Under the pieces are notes generated by a model. It was not told the origin of the DNA. It worked only from the letters and a program-made list of their open reading frames with translations, and ran no database searches. The position numbers were made by a program, and so were the translations under genes. Shown in pieces: positions 1 through 8,504 of a stretch of DNA of 32,000 nucleotides. The stretch is taken from the NCBI GenBank assembly GCA_934613415.1, contig CAKTSY010000004.1, forward strand, positions 120,001 through 152,000, given 5' to 3'. How positions within the stretch are numbered: the stretch's first letter is position 1; each line of letters begins with the position of its first letter. The DNA is from an uncultured Opitutales bacterium (lineage in GTDB: Bacteria > Verrucomicrobiota > Verrucomicrobiia > Opitutales > Intestinicryptomonadaceae).

Positions 1-170
1 AGCGCGAAAATTGCCGCTTCCCTAATGTGCCACGGGGTTACAAAATCCGGCTCGCCAATGCCGAGCGAGATTGCGTCTTTCATCGTAGATGCTATCGAAA
101 AGAAAGCCCTAATTCCCGATTTGGGAAGCCCTACAACGTGTTTGGCTACAAATTTTTTACTGTCGCACAT
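1..170 (-). CDS. Class I/II pyridoxal-phosphate-dependent aminotransferase (AspC/AlaT-like); only the N-terminal 56 codons are present and the gene continues past the window start
   Basis: My reverse-strand translation from the ATG at 170-168 reads MCDSKKFVAKHVVGLPKSGIRAFFSIASTMKDAISLGIGEPDFVTPWHIREAAIFA. The PxSGIR ... SLGIGEPDFxTP block is the conserved N-terminal region of class I/II aminotransferases. The ORF is missing from the supplied track because it runs off the edge. Confidence 0.8.
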   Translation of the reverse strand, partial: MCDSKKFVAKHVVGLPKSGIRAFFSIASTMKDAISLGIGEPDFVTPWHIREAAIFA

Positions 171-187
171 AAAGAGAATATTTTAAA

Positions 188-667
188 TTAAGCGGAAACT
201 ACGGGTTTGTCGGGGTTGTTCGGGTCTTGCCCAATAATAAAGCCCATAGTTTTATAGGTTCTTAAAAAGAAGTGTGTTGCCGTAGAAGTTACGCCGTGAA
301 TGGTGGCAAGCCTTTCGTATACAAAGCTTGCAATTTCCTTTATATTCTTTGCCTTTACAAAAAGCAAAAGGTCGTACGCGCCACTCATAAGAAAGCACGA
401 ATCTACCTGCTCGAACCTGCTTATGCGCTGGGCAAGCCTGTCGAAACCGCCGTCTCTTTCGGGACAAATTTTAAGCTCTATAGCAGCCGAAACCAAACCG
501 CTTTCGTAGTCGGGGTGCAAAACGGGAATCCAACCTAAAAGGATTTTCTCGTCCTTTAATTTTTCGAGGGCTTCGTCTACCTCTTTTTCGGTCATATTCA
601 AAATTTGACCCATTTTGGTGGTGTCGAAAACGCCGCCCTGCAATATAAGTTGTAAAAGATTTTCCAT
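188..667 (-). CDS. Lrp/AsnC-family transcriptional regulator
   Basis: The track ORF is 188..700 and starts at a GTG. The ATG at 667 (MENLLQLILQGG...) is the more plausible start. It has an N-terminal HTH-like segment (TKMGQILNMTEKEVDEALEKLKDEKIL) and a C-terminal AsnC/RAM-type domain (AIELKICPE...FEQVDSCFLMSGAYDLLLFVKAKNIKEIASFV). It ends 17 nt before the aminotransferase start on the same strand. Confidence 0.8.
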   Translation of the reverse strand: MENLLQLILQGGVFDTTKMGQILNMTEKEVDEALEKLKDEKILLGWIPVLHPDYESGLVSAAIELKICPERDGGFDRLAQRISRFEQVDSCFLMSGAYDLLLFVKAKNIKEIASFVYERLATIHGVTSTATHFFLRTYKTMGFIIGQDPNNPDKPVVSA

Positions 668-731
668 AATATGTGTATATATTTGCGCGAAACTATACAC
701 ACATTCTCCGATTTTTAAACACTTTTTTTAG

Positions 732-1289
732 CTATTCGCCCATTTTTACAAGCAAAAGCTTTGGCGACTGCAAATTCTTTTCGTCGCTATATTCGCTAAA
801 CTCCGCAAAATTTTGTTTAAAAAAATCCCTTACCGCTTCGTATTCGCCCTGCCCGCCCTCGTGGCCCACATAGCACAAAACCGAAAGCAAAAAGCGGTTT
901 GCCCTAATATCCAAACAGCTTTGCAATGCCTTTAGCGTGCTTTGCGGCTTGGTTATAACGGTTTTGTTAGAATTCGGCAAATAGCCCAAATTAAAAACGG
1001 CGCAATTAAGCTTGCCTTTTACGGCTTCGGGCAAATGGTTTTCCATATTTTCGTGGCCATCTAAAACAAACTGCACGTTTTGCGGGGTTTTGCCAGATTT
1101 TGCCAACAGGGCTTTCGAGCTTTCTATTGCGCGTTGTTGCACATCGAAGGCAAAAACGAAGCCTCTTTCGCCTACAATGTCGCTTAAAAACAAAGTGTCG
1201 TGCCCGTTGCCGCAGGTGGCGTCTATAACAAAATCGCCCTCTCTTAAAAACGAAAGGGCAATTTGTTTGGCTTTATTTGTAAAATTCAT
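732..1289 (-). CDS. mnmM: YtqB/MnmM-family class I SAM-dependent methyltransferase (tRNA mnm5s2U34 methyltransferase family)
   Basis: Blocks FVIDATCGNGHDTLFLSDIVGERGFVFAFDVQ, AVFNLGYLPNSNKTVITK and CYVGHEGGQGE match my recollection of Bacillus subtilis YtqB (IDATMGNGHDTQFL, AVFNLGYLPGGDKSITT, VVYHGHPEGK). The track start at 1298 is TTG; the ATG at 1289 (MNFTNK) is preferred. Confidence 0.7.
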   Translation of the reverse strand: MNFTNKAKQIALSFLREGDFVIDATCGNGHDTLFLSDIVGERGFVFAFDVQQRAIESSKALLAKSGKTPQNVQFVLDGHENMENHLPEAVKGKLNCAVFNLGYLPNSNKTVITKPQSTLKALQSCLDIRANRFLLSVLCYVGHEGGQGEYEAVRDFFKQNFAEFSEYSDEKNLQSPKLLLVKMGE

Positions 1290-1306
1290 TGCAAGCAAAG
1301 AACCTG

Positions 1307-2557
1307 CTAATTGTTTTTAAGGTTAAACTCCCTTTCCATAAGGGTTGGGTGCGAGTAGTAAAACGCGCTATATAACCTGTGCGGCGTTAAATTGCCCAAG
1401 TTCTTTTTGTGGAGTTTACGCAAAGCCTCTATAAGGTTGTCGGGCGTGCCGCAGGTTGCCTTTGCGAACGAGTCGGCCTGATATTCGTGCTTGCGCGAAA
1501 TTTGGTTGAATATGGGGGTAAGCCAAAATGTAAACAACGGGCTTAAGATAGAAAACAATATAAGCAGCGCGCCAAAACCCGAATTTTGCGAAAAGCCGAA
1601 ACTTTCGTAAAAATACGGGCACTTTGCCAAAACTCCCATAATGTAGAAGCCAGCAAGAGTTGAAGCAAACGTTAAAAACATTGTAGACCAAATGTGCCCT
1701 TTTTTGTAGTGCCCTATTTCGTGAGCCAAAACCGAAACAATTTGCTCGTTGCTTAGCTGCTCTAAAATGGTATCGTAAAAAATAACCCTTCTGAATTTGC
1801 CAAACCCCGTAAAGAATGCGTTTGAATGCGAGCTGCGGCGACTGCCGTCCATAACCTGAATAGCAGTGGTTTTAAAGTTGCACTTTTTTGCAAGAGCAAA
1901 AATTGCGTCTTTTAAAACGCCGTCGGGCAATGGGGTTATTTTGTTGAAAAGCGGCAAAATAAGCTTTGGATATATCATTATCATAACAAGCTGAACAGCC
2001 ACTATCGCAAAAAAGCACCAAAGCCACCAAGTGTTTTCAAAAGAATTGTAGAACAGCAAAAACAGCCACAAAAGCGGCGCGCCTATTACAAACGAAAGCA
2101 GCAGCGACTTTATTTGGTCTTTTATCCAAAGCCCCAAAGTCATCTTATTAAATCCGTGCTTTTCCTCCAAAACAAACTGCTCGTACAAATCGAAGGGAAT
2201 ATCGAAAAGCGAATATATTGTTAATGCCGCAATAACCGTAAGCGACTGTCCAAAAAGCGAAGCGCCCCACAAATTTTCGCAAAAGCCGAAAATTGACGGG
2301 AACGCCCCGAAAAGCAAAAACGCGCAAAGCACCAATGCCGAATATACGCCCTCTATCATTGCAAAGCGCGTTTTGTCTAGCGTATAGGCAACGCTTTTGT
2401 GGTACGAATCGGCGTCTACAAAACCCTTGTAGGTTTCGGGCACGTCGAAAGCGTTTGCGCATACATTGCGCATGTTCAGCATTTCCAAAAACAGCGAAAA
2501 CAGCGTTCTTGCAAACACCAACACAATGGCAACAAGCATCAAAGTAGAACTTATCAT
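1307..2557 (-). CDS. M48-family zinc metallopeptidase, Ste24/CAAX-protease-like integral membrane type
   Basis: It carries an HExxH zinc motif in LAHEIGHYKKGH and a multi-TM N-terminal half. The NAFFTGFGKFRRVIFYDTIL block and the 416-aa length are typical of the Ste24-like M48A layout. Its start lies 3 nt after the gatB stop. Confidence 0.85.
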   Translation of the reverse strand: MISSTLMLVAIVLVFARTLFSLFLEMLNMRNVCANAFDVPETYKGFVDADSYHKSVAYTLDKTRFAMIEGVYSALVLCAFLLFGAFPSIFGFCENLWGASLFGQSLTVIAALTIYSLFDIPFDLYEQFVLEEKHGFNKMTLGLWIKDQIKSLLLSFVIGAPLLWLFLLFYNSFENTWWLWCFFAIVAVQLVMIMIYPKLILPLFNKITPLPDGVLKDAIFALAKKCNFKTTAIQVMDGSRRSSHSNAFFTGFGKFRRVIFYDTILEQLSNEQIVSVLAHEIGHYKKGHIWSTMFLTFASTLAGFYIMGVLAKCPYFYESFGFSQNSGFGALLILFSILSPLFTFWLTPIFNQISRKHEYQADSFAKATCGTPDNLIEALRKLHKKNLGNLTPHRLYSAFYYSHPTLMEREFNLKNN

Positions 2558-2560
2558 ACC

Positions 2561-4018
2561 CTACTTGATAAGCTTTTTAAGCGTTTGCAAAACAAGAGCG
2601 GGGTTTGCCTTGCCCTTCGACAATTTCATAATCGGGCCAATAAGGGCGTTTATTGCCTTTTCGTTGCCCGCCTTATATTGGTCTATTGCCTTTTGGTTGC
2701 CTTTCATTGCCTCCAAGCAAAATGCCTCTATCTGGTTTGTGTCGGTATTTTGAGTTAGACCTTTTGCCTTTACTACATCGGCGGGAGCCGTTCCGTTTTT
2801 AAAGGTTTCGGCAAACACTTCCTTTGCAATTTGTTTAGAAATTACGCCGTCATCGATAAGCTTTACTAGCTGCGCCATATATTGCGGAGTCATCTTGCAG
2901 GTGCCAAGTGCAATATTTTCGCCCTCGGCGTTTGCCGCCGAAATTTCGCGCAGCAAGTCGTTTATAAGCAAGTTAGCCAAAGCATGGTAGTTGCTAGAAT
3001 ATTTTACCGCTTCTTCAAAATAGGCAACCAAGTCTTTGTCTATGCACAAAACCGAAGTTATTGTGTAGGGCAACTGGTAGTCTTTCATATAGCGGCGTTG
3101 CCTGTCGAAAGGCAATTCCACCAATTCGGCGGCAATTTCGTTTCTAAGCTCGTCCGAAATTTTTACGGGAAGCAAATCTGGGTCTGGGAAATAGCGGTAG
3201 TCGTGCGACATTTCCTTGCCGCGCATTGTCTGCGTAAGGCACAATTCGGCGTCCCAACGGCGGGTTTCCTGAACAATTCTTTCGCCCGTTTTATACGCCT
3301 TAATTTGGCGCTTAATTTCGTATTCTACGCCCGCCTTTACGCCCGAAATCGAGTTCAGGTTTTTCAGCTCAACCTTTGTTCCCAATTTAGTTTCGCCTAC
3401 GGGGCGTATGGAAATATTTGCGTCGCAGCGCATTTGTCCCTTTTCCATATCGCATTCCGAAATGCCCGCAAAAACAAGCGAGTTTCTTAGCGAGGTCAGG
3501 AACGCAAAGGCTTCGTCGGCAGTGTGCATATCTGGATCGGTAACTATTTCTATAAGGGGAGTACCCGCCCTGTTGTAGTCTACCAAAGAGTCGTTATGAA
3601 AGTGCGTAAGTTTGCCTACGTCTTCTTCCAGATGTATGCGGGTAAGCTTTACGGTTCTGTGCGCCCCCATCTTGCCCGTTTCGCCCGAAGGCAATTCTAT
3701 TTCAACGCCGCCGCCAAGGCACAAAGGCTCGTCGAACTGCGAAAGCTGGTAGTTTTTGGGGCTGTCGGGGTAGAAATAGTTTTTTCTGTCCCACTTGGTT
3801 ATTTCGGGAATTTTGCAACCAAGCAACATACCCACTTTTACGGTTTTGCGTATTGCCTCGAAATTAAGAACGGGCAAAACCCCCGGCAAAGCCAAAACAA
3901 CTGGGTCTACCAAAGTATTTGGCTCTTCGCCAAAGCGGTATGGAGCCGCCGTAAACATTTTGCTTTTTGTATGAAGTTGAACGTGAACTTCCAAACCTAT
4001 TACTGCTTCAAATTCCAT
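2561..4018 (-). CDS. gatB: Asp-tRNA(Asn)/Glu-tRNA(Gln) amidotransferase subunit B
   Basis: The N-terminus MEFEAVIGLEVHVQLHTKSKMF is diagnostic. The protein is full length at 485 aa with a GatB/YqeY-type C-terminal helical domain. It lies directly downstream of gatA. Confidence 0.97.
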   Translation of the reverse strand: MEFEAVIGLEVHVQLHTKSKMFTAAPYRFGEEPNTLVDPVVLALPGVLPVLNFEAIRKTVKVGMLLGCKIPEITKWDRKNYFYPDSPKNYQLSQFDEPLCLGGGVEIELPSGETGKMGAHRTVKLTRIHLEEDVGKLTHFHNDSLVDYNRAGTPLIEIVTDPDMHTADEAFAFLTSLRNSLVFAGISECDMEKGQMRCDANISIRPVGETKLGTKVELKNLNSISGVKAGVEYEIKRQIKAYKTGERIVQETRRWDAELCLTQTMRGKEMSHDYRYFPDPDLLPVKISDELRNEIAAELVELPFDRQRRYMKDYQLPYTITSVLCIDKDLVAYFEEAVKYSSNYHALANLLINDLLREISAANAEGENIALGTCKMTPQYMAQLVKLIDDGVISKQIAKEVFAETFKNGTAPADVVKAKGLTQNTDTNQIEAFCLEAMKGNQKAIDQYKAGNEKAINALIGPIMKLSKGKANPALVLQTLKKLIK

Positions 4019-4030
4019 AATAAAAAACTC

Positions 4031-5494
4031 CTACAATACGGGCTTTAACTTTTTAAGAGCCAAGTTTTGCTCGAAAGAATACGCAATGTTAAGCAAGTTT
4101 GCCTCGTCGAAAGCCTTGCCTATAATGTGCAGGCCAACGGGCAGATTTTCGCTTGTATACCCGCACGGTACCGAAAGCGCGGGCAGCCCAGCCAAATTTA
4201 CGTTAATTGTAAATATGTCGCTTAAATACATCGAAAGCGGGTCGGCGGTTTTTTCGCCGCACTTAAAGGCCGCCGTGGGGCTTACGGGCGTCATAATTGC
4301 GTCTACTGTTTTAAAGGCTTCTTCGAAGTCGCGCCTAATTAGGGTGCGAACTTTTTGCGCTCTAAAGTAGTAGGCGTCGTAATAGCCCGAGCTTAGAACG
4401 AATGTTCCCAAAATTATCCTTCTTATAACCTCTTCGCCAAAACCCTCGGCGCGGCTTTTAAAGTATAAGTCTACAATGTCTTTTGCGTCTTTTGCGCGGG
4501 TTGTGTAGCGAATGCCGTCGTACCTTGCCAAGTTCGACGAAGCTTCGGCAGTCGCCAAAATGTAGTATACGGGAATTGCCAATTCGGTGTGAGGCAACGA
4601 AATTTCTACAAGCTGCGCGCCCGCCTTTTCGCATTGGGCTATTGCGTTTTTAACCAACGCCAAAACTTCGCTGTCTATGCCAGCCATAAAATATTCTTTG
4701 GGCACGCCTATTTTTTTGCCCTTTAAAGATTCGGCGTTAAGATTTGCCGCATAGTCGGGAATGTCGGTTTTTACGCTGGTAGAATCGAGCCTGTCGTACG
4801 AGGCTATTGCCTTTAAAAGAAATGCCGCGTCTTCAACCGAGCGGGTGAACGTGCCTATTTGGTCTAAAGAAGACGCAAACGCCGCCAAGCCGTAGCGGCT
4901 TACCAAGCCGTAGGTGGGTTTAAGGCCAACTACACCGCAGTGCGAAGCAGGCTGGCGTATGGAGCCGCCAGTGTCGCTACCCAAAGCGCAAATACATTCG
5001 CCCGAAGCCACAGCCGCCGCGCTGCCGCCGCTACTGCCGCCGGGGATTCTCGAAAGGTCGTAGGGGTTTTTGGTTTTCTTAAACGCGCTGTTTTCGCACG
5101 AAGAACCCATTGCAAATTCGTCTAAGTTAAGCCTGCCAAACAATACGGCACCGTTGTCTTTAAGGTTTTTAACGGCTGTGCCTGTGTAGGGCGAAACAAA
5201 TTTTTCCAGAATTTTGCTTGCGCACGTTAGCGGCATATTTTTATCGGCCATATTGTCTTTAAGACCAACGGGAATGCCGTCTAACACGCCCAAAGTTTTG
5301 CCGTCTTTGCGGCGTTTGTCGGCCTGCGCCGCCTGATTTAGCGTATATTCTTCGTCGTACGAAATAAACGCCTGCAGTTTGTCGTCTATAGCCTTTGTTC
5401 TGTCTATTACCGACTTTGCCAACTCTTGCGCCGAAATTTCGCCCTTGTTTAGAGCGTCGCTTAATTCTTTTACCGATTTAAAGTACAATTCCAT
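4031..5494 (-). CDS. gatA: Asp-tRNA(Asn)/Glu-tRNA(Gln) amidotransferase subunit A
   Basis: It carries the amidase signature ([28 protein letters not shown]), is 487 aa long, and sits between gatC and gatB. Confidence 0.97.
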   Translation of the reverse strand: MELYFKSVKELSDALNKGEISAQELAKSVIDRTKAIDDKLQAFISYDEEYTLNQAAQADKRRKDGKTLGVLDGIPVGLKDNMADKNMPLTCASKILEKFVSPYTGTAVKNLKDNGAVLFGRLNLDEFAMGSSCENSAFKKTKNPYDLSRIPGGSSGGSAAAVASGECICALGSDTGGSIRQPASHCGVVGLKPTYGLVSRYGLAAFASSLDQIGTFTRSVEDAAFLLKAIASYDRLDSTSVKTDIPDYAANLNAESLKGKKIGVPKEYFMAGIDSEVLALVKNAIAQCEKAGAQLVEISLPHTELAIPVYYILATAEASSNLARYDGIRYTTRAKDAKDIVDLYFKSRAEGFGEEVIRRIILGTFVLSSGYYDAYYFRAQKVRTLIRRDFEEAFKTVDAIMTPVSPTAAFKCGEKTADPLSMYLSDIFTINVNLAGLPALSVPCGYTSENLPVGLHIIGKAFDEANLLNIAYSFEQNLALKKLKPVL

Positions 5495-5513
5495 AAAAAA
5501 GCCCTCTTGGATT

Positions 5514-5816
5514 TTACGATTGAGCGTCGTCTACAACTTTGGGAACCACAATTTGGTTGTCGCGCTGGGCGGGGGCGTTCATAAGAACCTCCTGCACGGT
5601 AAGAACTTCGCCGCATTCGTCTTTGCGCCAAACGTTATACATTGAATGTGCGTGCGCGCTTGCGTGAACATCGCTTACGTCTATGTGTGAAAGTTTGTCG
5701 AAATATTCAAGAATTTGATGAAGCTGCCCCGACAATTTTTCTTTTTGCTCGGCAGTTAAGTCTATGCGCGCCAAATGCGCAACGTAATCTATATCAATTT
5801 TAGGCTTTTCACTCAT
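5514..5816 (-). CDS. gatC: Asp-tRNA(Asn)/Glu-tRNA(Gln) amidotransferase subunit C
   Basis: A 100-aa protein with the GatC-like start (IDYVAHLARIDLTAEQKEKLSGQLHQILEYFDKL). It is first in a gatC-gatA-gatB order and has an AGGGAG Shine-Dalgarno upstream. Confidence 0.93.
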   Translation of the reverse strand: MSEKPKIDIDYVAHLARIDLTAEQKEKLSGQLHQILEYFDKLSHIDVSDVHASAHAHSMYNVWRKDECGEVLTVQEVLMNAPAQRDNQIVVPKVVDDAQS

Positions 5817-5874
5817 AAGGGGCTAATATCTCCCTTTGGGGTGCGCCTTTCAAGCCTTTTCTATAAAAAACGTC

Positions 5875-5900
5875 AAAAAAAAGCCCCCTAAAAGCGGGGC
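5875..5900 (-). terminator. Intrinsic terminator after the 404-aa secreted-protein gene
   Basis: The minus strand reads GCCCC-GCTTTTAG-GGGGC followed by 8 T (plus-strand A run 5875-5882). It lies about 20 nt downstream of the stop at 5920. Confidence 0.65.
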
Positions 5901-5919
5901 GCACAAACGCGGCAAACGC

Positions 5920-7134
5920 CTATTTTTTTATTTCTATTACCTTTGCGTTTTTCTCGGCGTTTTTGTTTTCGCGCTTAGTTTTAAGCAAAACCGCAATTTG
6001 CATTGCAACGGGTCTTTCAAGCTCGCCGTCTTTTAACGCTTTATAGAGGTATTTTGCAAACAAATCGTTGTCTAAATTAAGGGCAACAAGCCTTAGGCAT
6101 TCAAGGTAGGCTGCCCCTATGGCAAAGCGTTTTCTGTCGTCGTCGGTAATGGGTTTGCTTTTTGCCCTTAAAAGGCTTTCGGCATAGGCGCCCTCCTGCG
6201 TGTTTTTAAGCATATCCATAATGCGCAAAAAGGTTTTATAACGCCCCGTTGCGTAAAATTCGCCAAAAAGCCAGTCTATTTGGGCGGGGGCAAATTCGTA
6301 GGCAAAAATTTTATATGGGTCTGGGAACGGGCAACTTGCAATAAAGTTTACCGCCTTTTTGTCGTTTTCGTTAAGGGACTTTTCGTTGGGGGTAATGCCC
6401 GAAACCGCCAAAAGGGTTATTGCCTTTGTTTTTTCGTATTCGTCGAAAGTTGCCAAGCCGTTTTGCAGTTTTTCGAACAAAATTGGCTGTTGCGAAAACG
6501 CCGTTTTAAAAAAGCCCATAAAAAGCCAATTAAGCCCCAAGGGCGCGCCCTTTTGCGTTATTGCAACTTTTTTAGACAAAAACATTGCATACAACGCCTG
6601 CGGGTTTGGCTGCGCGCAATAGTCGTACATAAGCCTTATTGCCCTGTTGCGTGTTATGTTCAAATTTTCGCCGCCAAAATCACCCACAGTAAAGATCGAC
6701 TTATATTCGGTTGAATTGCCGTCTTTGCCCTTAATTTTAAGAACAAAAACATATTCACCCTTTTGGTCTGGAATGGTAAAATCGGCCTGATTGGGAAGCG
6801 GAAAATACGAGACATTGTCGCTTTTGCTTTCGTACGAAAATTCGGAATTTTGCACAAGAACTTTTGAAGTTTTGTCGGGAAACACAACCGAAATTTCGTA
6901 CAAGCAAGAGTATGCGCCCTTTTTGTTTGTTTTTGCAAACGCAAAAAGCGAAAGTTTTTCGCCGCAAAAGCCAGAATTTATGTTCTGCACAAAAGGCGAA
7001 CTGTTTTCGGGCGCCAAATACCACCAGTCCATACTTCTATGCTGCAGCGACACTGCAAGCCTGTAGTCTTGCGCATGCAAAACAGAGGCAAAAAATGCAA
7101 ACAAAGCAAATAAAACTATGGTATAAAATTTCAT
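5920..7134 (-). CDS. Secreted protein of unknown function (404 aa)
   Basis: It has a clear signal peptide (MKFYTIVLFALFAFFASVLHAQ), a beta-rich N-terminal third, a helical C-terminal part and a Lys-rich tail. I recognise no family motif. Its start is 9 nt downstream of the preceding gene's stop. Confidence 0.8.
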   Translation of the reverse strand: MKFYTIVLFALFAFFASVLHAQDYRLAVSLQHRSMDWWYLAPENSSPFVQNINSGFCGEKLSLFAFAKTNKKGAYSCLYEISVVFPDKTSKVLVQNSEFSYESKSDNVSYFPLPNQADFTIPDQKGEYVFVLKIKGKDGNSTEYKSIFTVGDFGGENLNITRNRAIRLMYDYCAQPNPQALYAMFLSKKVAITQKGAPLGLNWLFMGFFKTAFSQQPILFEKLQNGLATFDEYEKTKAITLLAVSGITPNEKSLNENDKKAVNFIASCPFPDPYKIFAYEFAPAQIDWLFGEFYATGRYKTFLRIMDMLKNTQEGAYAESLLRAKSKPITDDDRKRFAIGAAYLECLRLVALNLDNDLFAKYLYKALKDGELERPVAMQIAVLLKTKRENKNAEKNAKVIEIKK

Positions 7135-7143
7135 CTAAAAAAC

Positions 7144-8445
7144 CTACGGTTTTGGTTGCGGCAAAGGTTTTTGCGCCTTAATCATTTTCGGCATATTACC
7201 CACAAGCTTTAAATAGTAGTCGTCTGGCAGACCTTCCATATCCAAAAACTTGCATTTTTCGGGCTTGGGCGGAGTGTTTGTGCATTTGTAGATTGCGGTA
7301 GATTCGTTTACTTCGTCGAACATTGCAACAAACAAAGCCTTTGCGCCGGCCTTTACCGAAAGAGATGCCATATCCCAAATAAACTTGCCCTTTTCGCGGG
7401 GGATTTCGTTGAAAATTCCGCTATATTTGCCTAAAAGCCTTGTGTTGTGCCACGAAAAGCCTGGGTGAATTACTGGCAGGTAGTCTAGGTTATTGTCGTC
7501 GCACCACTCAATATCCTCTAAAGTTTTTTGCTCGTAGTTTAGGTTAATGCCCGAATAGCGAATGCTCAGCATATCGGGGTCTTTTTTGCTTCTTACATAG
7601 CGGCCGACATTCCACGGCGAAACCGCCGATGCGTATTTTTTCATCATTTCGTGCAAAAGGGGTTTGTTGTGGCAGTCGTGTTTTAATTCCTTAAAGAAGG
7701 TTGGCACGCCGAAAATTATGTAGCAGTTTCCGTATTTTTCGTCGTTTTTAAGGAAGTTTAAGAACTTTTCCAAGTCGGTTGTTTCAAAAGCAAAATGCCT
7801 GTCGTTAAAGCCCAAGCCCCAAATTATTACAACGGGTTTGCCGTTGTGGAACAGATAGGGAGTATCTTTGTCGGCCATATAGGAATTTGCCATATTTTTC
7901 CAGTCGGAAATAAGGCGGTCGGCAACTTTGCCCTGAGGCATACCTGTTAAGTCGTACATAAAATATGCGCCAACGCCGTATTTTTTTGCCGCCTTTAGGC
8001 AGTGATCTACAACCTTGTCTTTGTCTTTGCGACCAATGGAAATGTAGTATCTTTGCACTATTGCCCCGCCTGTGTGGTAGTCGCGCATCCATTTAAAATG
8101 CAAGTCTACAGTGCTATAGTCTAGCGCGCTGTAAACTTCGGCAACGGTGCCGTCGGGGTTTGTAAAACCGGTGGGATATTTTATTTCGTATTCGCCCATA
8201 CTCGGCCAAATGTCGAATGCGGCATAGCCGTCTGCCGGCGCGCCGTGTTTGTGTTTGCCCCAAGCGTCCCAATCGCCGCCCTTTCTAACAAACGAATCGC
8301 CCTCGGCTCTAAACCAGCCCTGATAGCCCGCGTAGGCCGTGCCGTATAGCGTGTTGTTTTTAGGGTTTTTTGGGTAAATACTGCCGGCCGCAAAAAGCTG
8401 AATGCAGGCGGCTAAAGCCGCAAAAAATAGAATAATTTTTTTCAT
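7144..8445 (-). CDS. Secreted glycoside-hydrolase-like protein, GH99/GH71-clan-like (family uncertain)
   Basis: It has a signal peptide (MKKIILFFAALAACIQLFAAG) and a GGGAGA Shine-Dalgarno. The block FVAMFDEVNESTAIYK resembles the FNEWHEGTxIE-type catalytic block of the GH99/GH71/WbsX clan. That family call rests on motif recollection only. Confidence 0.5.
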   Translation of the reverse strand: MKKIILFFAALAACIQLFAAGSIYPKNPKNNTLYGTAYAGYQGWFRAEGDSFVRKGGDWDAWGKHKHGAPADGYAAFDIWPSMGEYEIKYPTGFTNPDGTVAEVYSALDYSTVDLHFKWMRDYHTGGAIVQRYYISIGRKDKDKVVDHCLKAAKKYGVGAYFMYDLTGMPQGKVADRLISDWKNMANSYMADKDTPYLFHNGKPVVIIWGLGFNDRHFAFETTDLEKFLNFLKNDEKYGNCYIIFGVPTFFKELKHDCHNKPLLHEMMKKYASAVSPWNVGRYVRSKKDPDMLSIRYSGINLNYEQKTLEDIEWCDDNNLDYLPVIHPGFSWHNTRLLGKYSGIFNEIPREKGKFIWDMASLSVKAGAKALFVAMFDEVNESTAIYKCTNTPPKPEKCKFLDMEGLPDDYYLKLVGNMPKMIKAQKPLPQPKP

Positions 8446-8504
8446 ATAGATATAATTTCTCCCAGAGTGTTATTGTTGCCAAAATTTAAGCGCGCCAATA
8501 CCGC

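Noticed and set aside
188-700. N-terminal extensions in the ORF track: 188-700, 732-1298, 8505-9902, 9947-10621, 17907-18818 and 21426-22193.
   Set aside because: The track begins these ORFs at upstream start codons; for five of the six I confirmed these are TTG or GTG, and I did not check 21426-22193. Internal ATG codons give family-typical N-termini or proper signal peptides, so I used the shorter coordinates. The exact starts remain unverified.
2882-3490. Long antisense or off-frame ORFs inside well-supported genes. Examples are 2882-3490 and 3524-4048 opposite gatB, 8527-9168 opposite mgtE, 11583-12161 opposite the 640-aa PEP-CTERM gene, and 16229-16723 and 17319-17876 opposite paralog 2.
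   Set aside because: The overlapping frames with clear family motifs account for the sequence. The antisense translations are low-complexity (Arg/Cys/Phe/Val-rich), carry no recognisable motif, and lack plausible start contexts. They are a by-product of codon composition.
8446-8504. A sigma54-like TGGCA element (TTGGCAACAATAACAC, minus strand) between mgtE and the hydrolase gene.
   Set aside because: The GG-N10-GC spacing of the -24/-12 consensus is not met.
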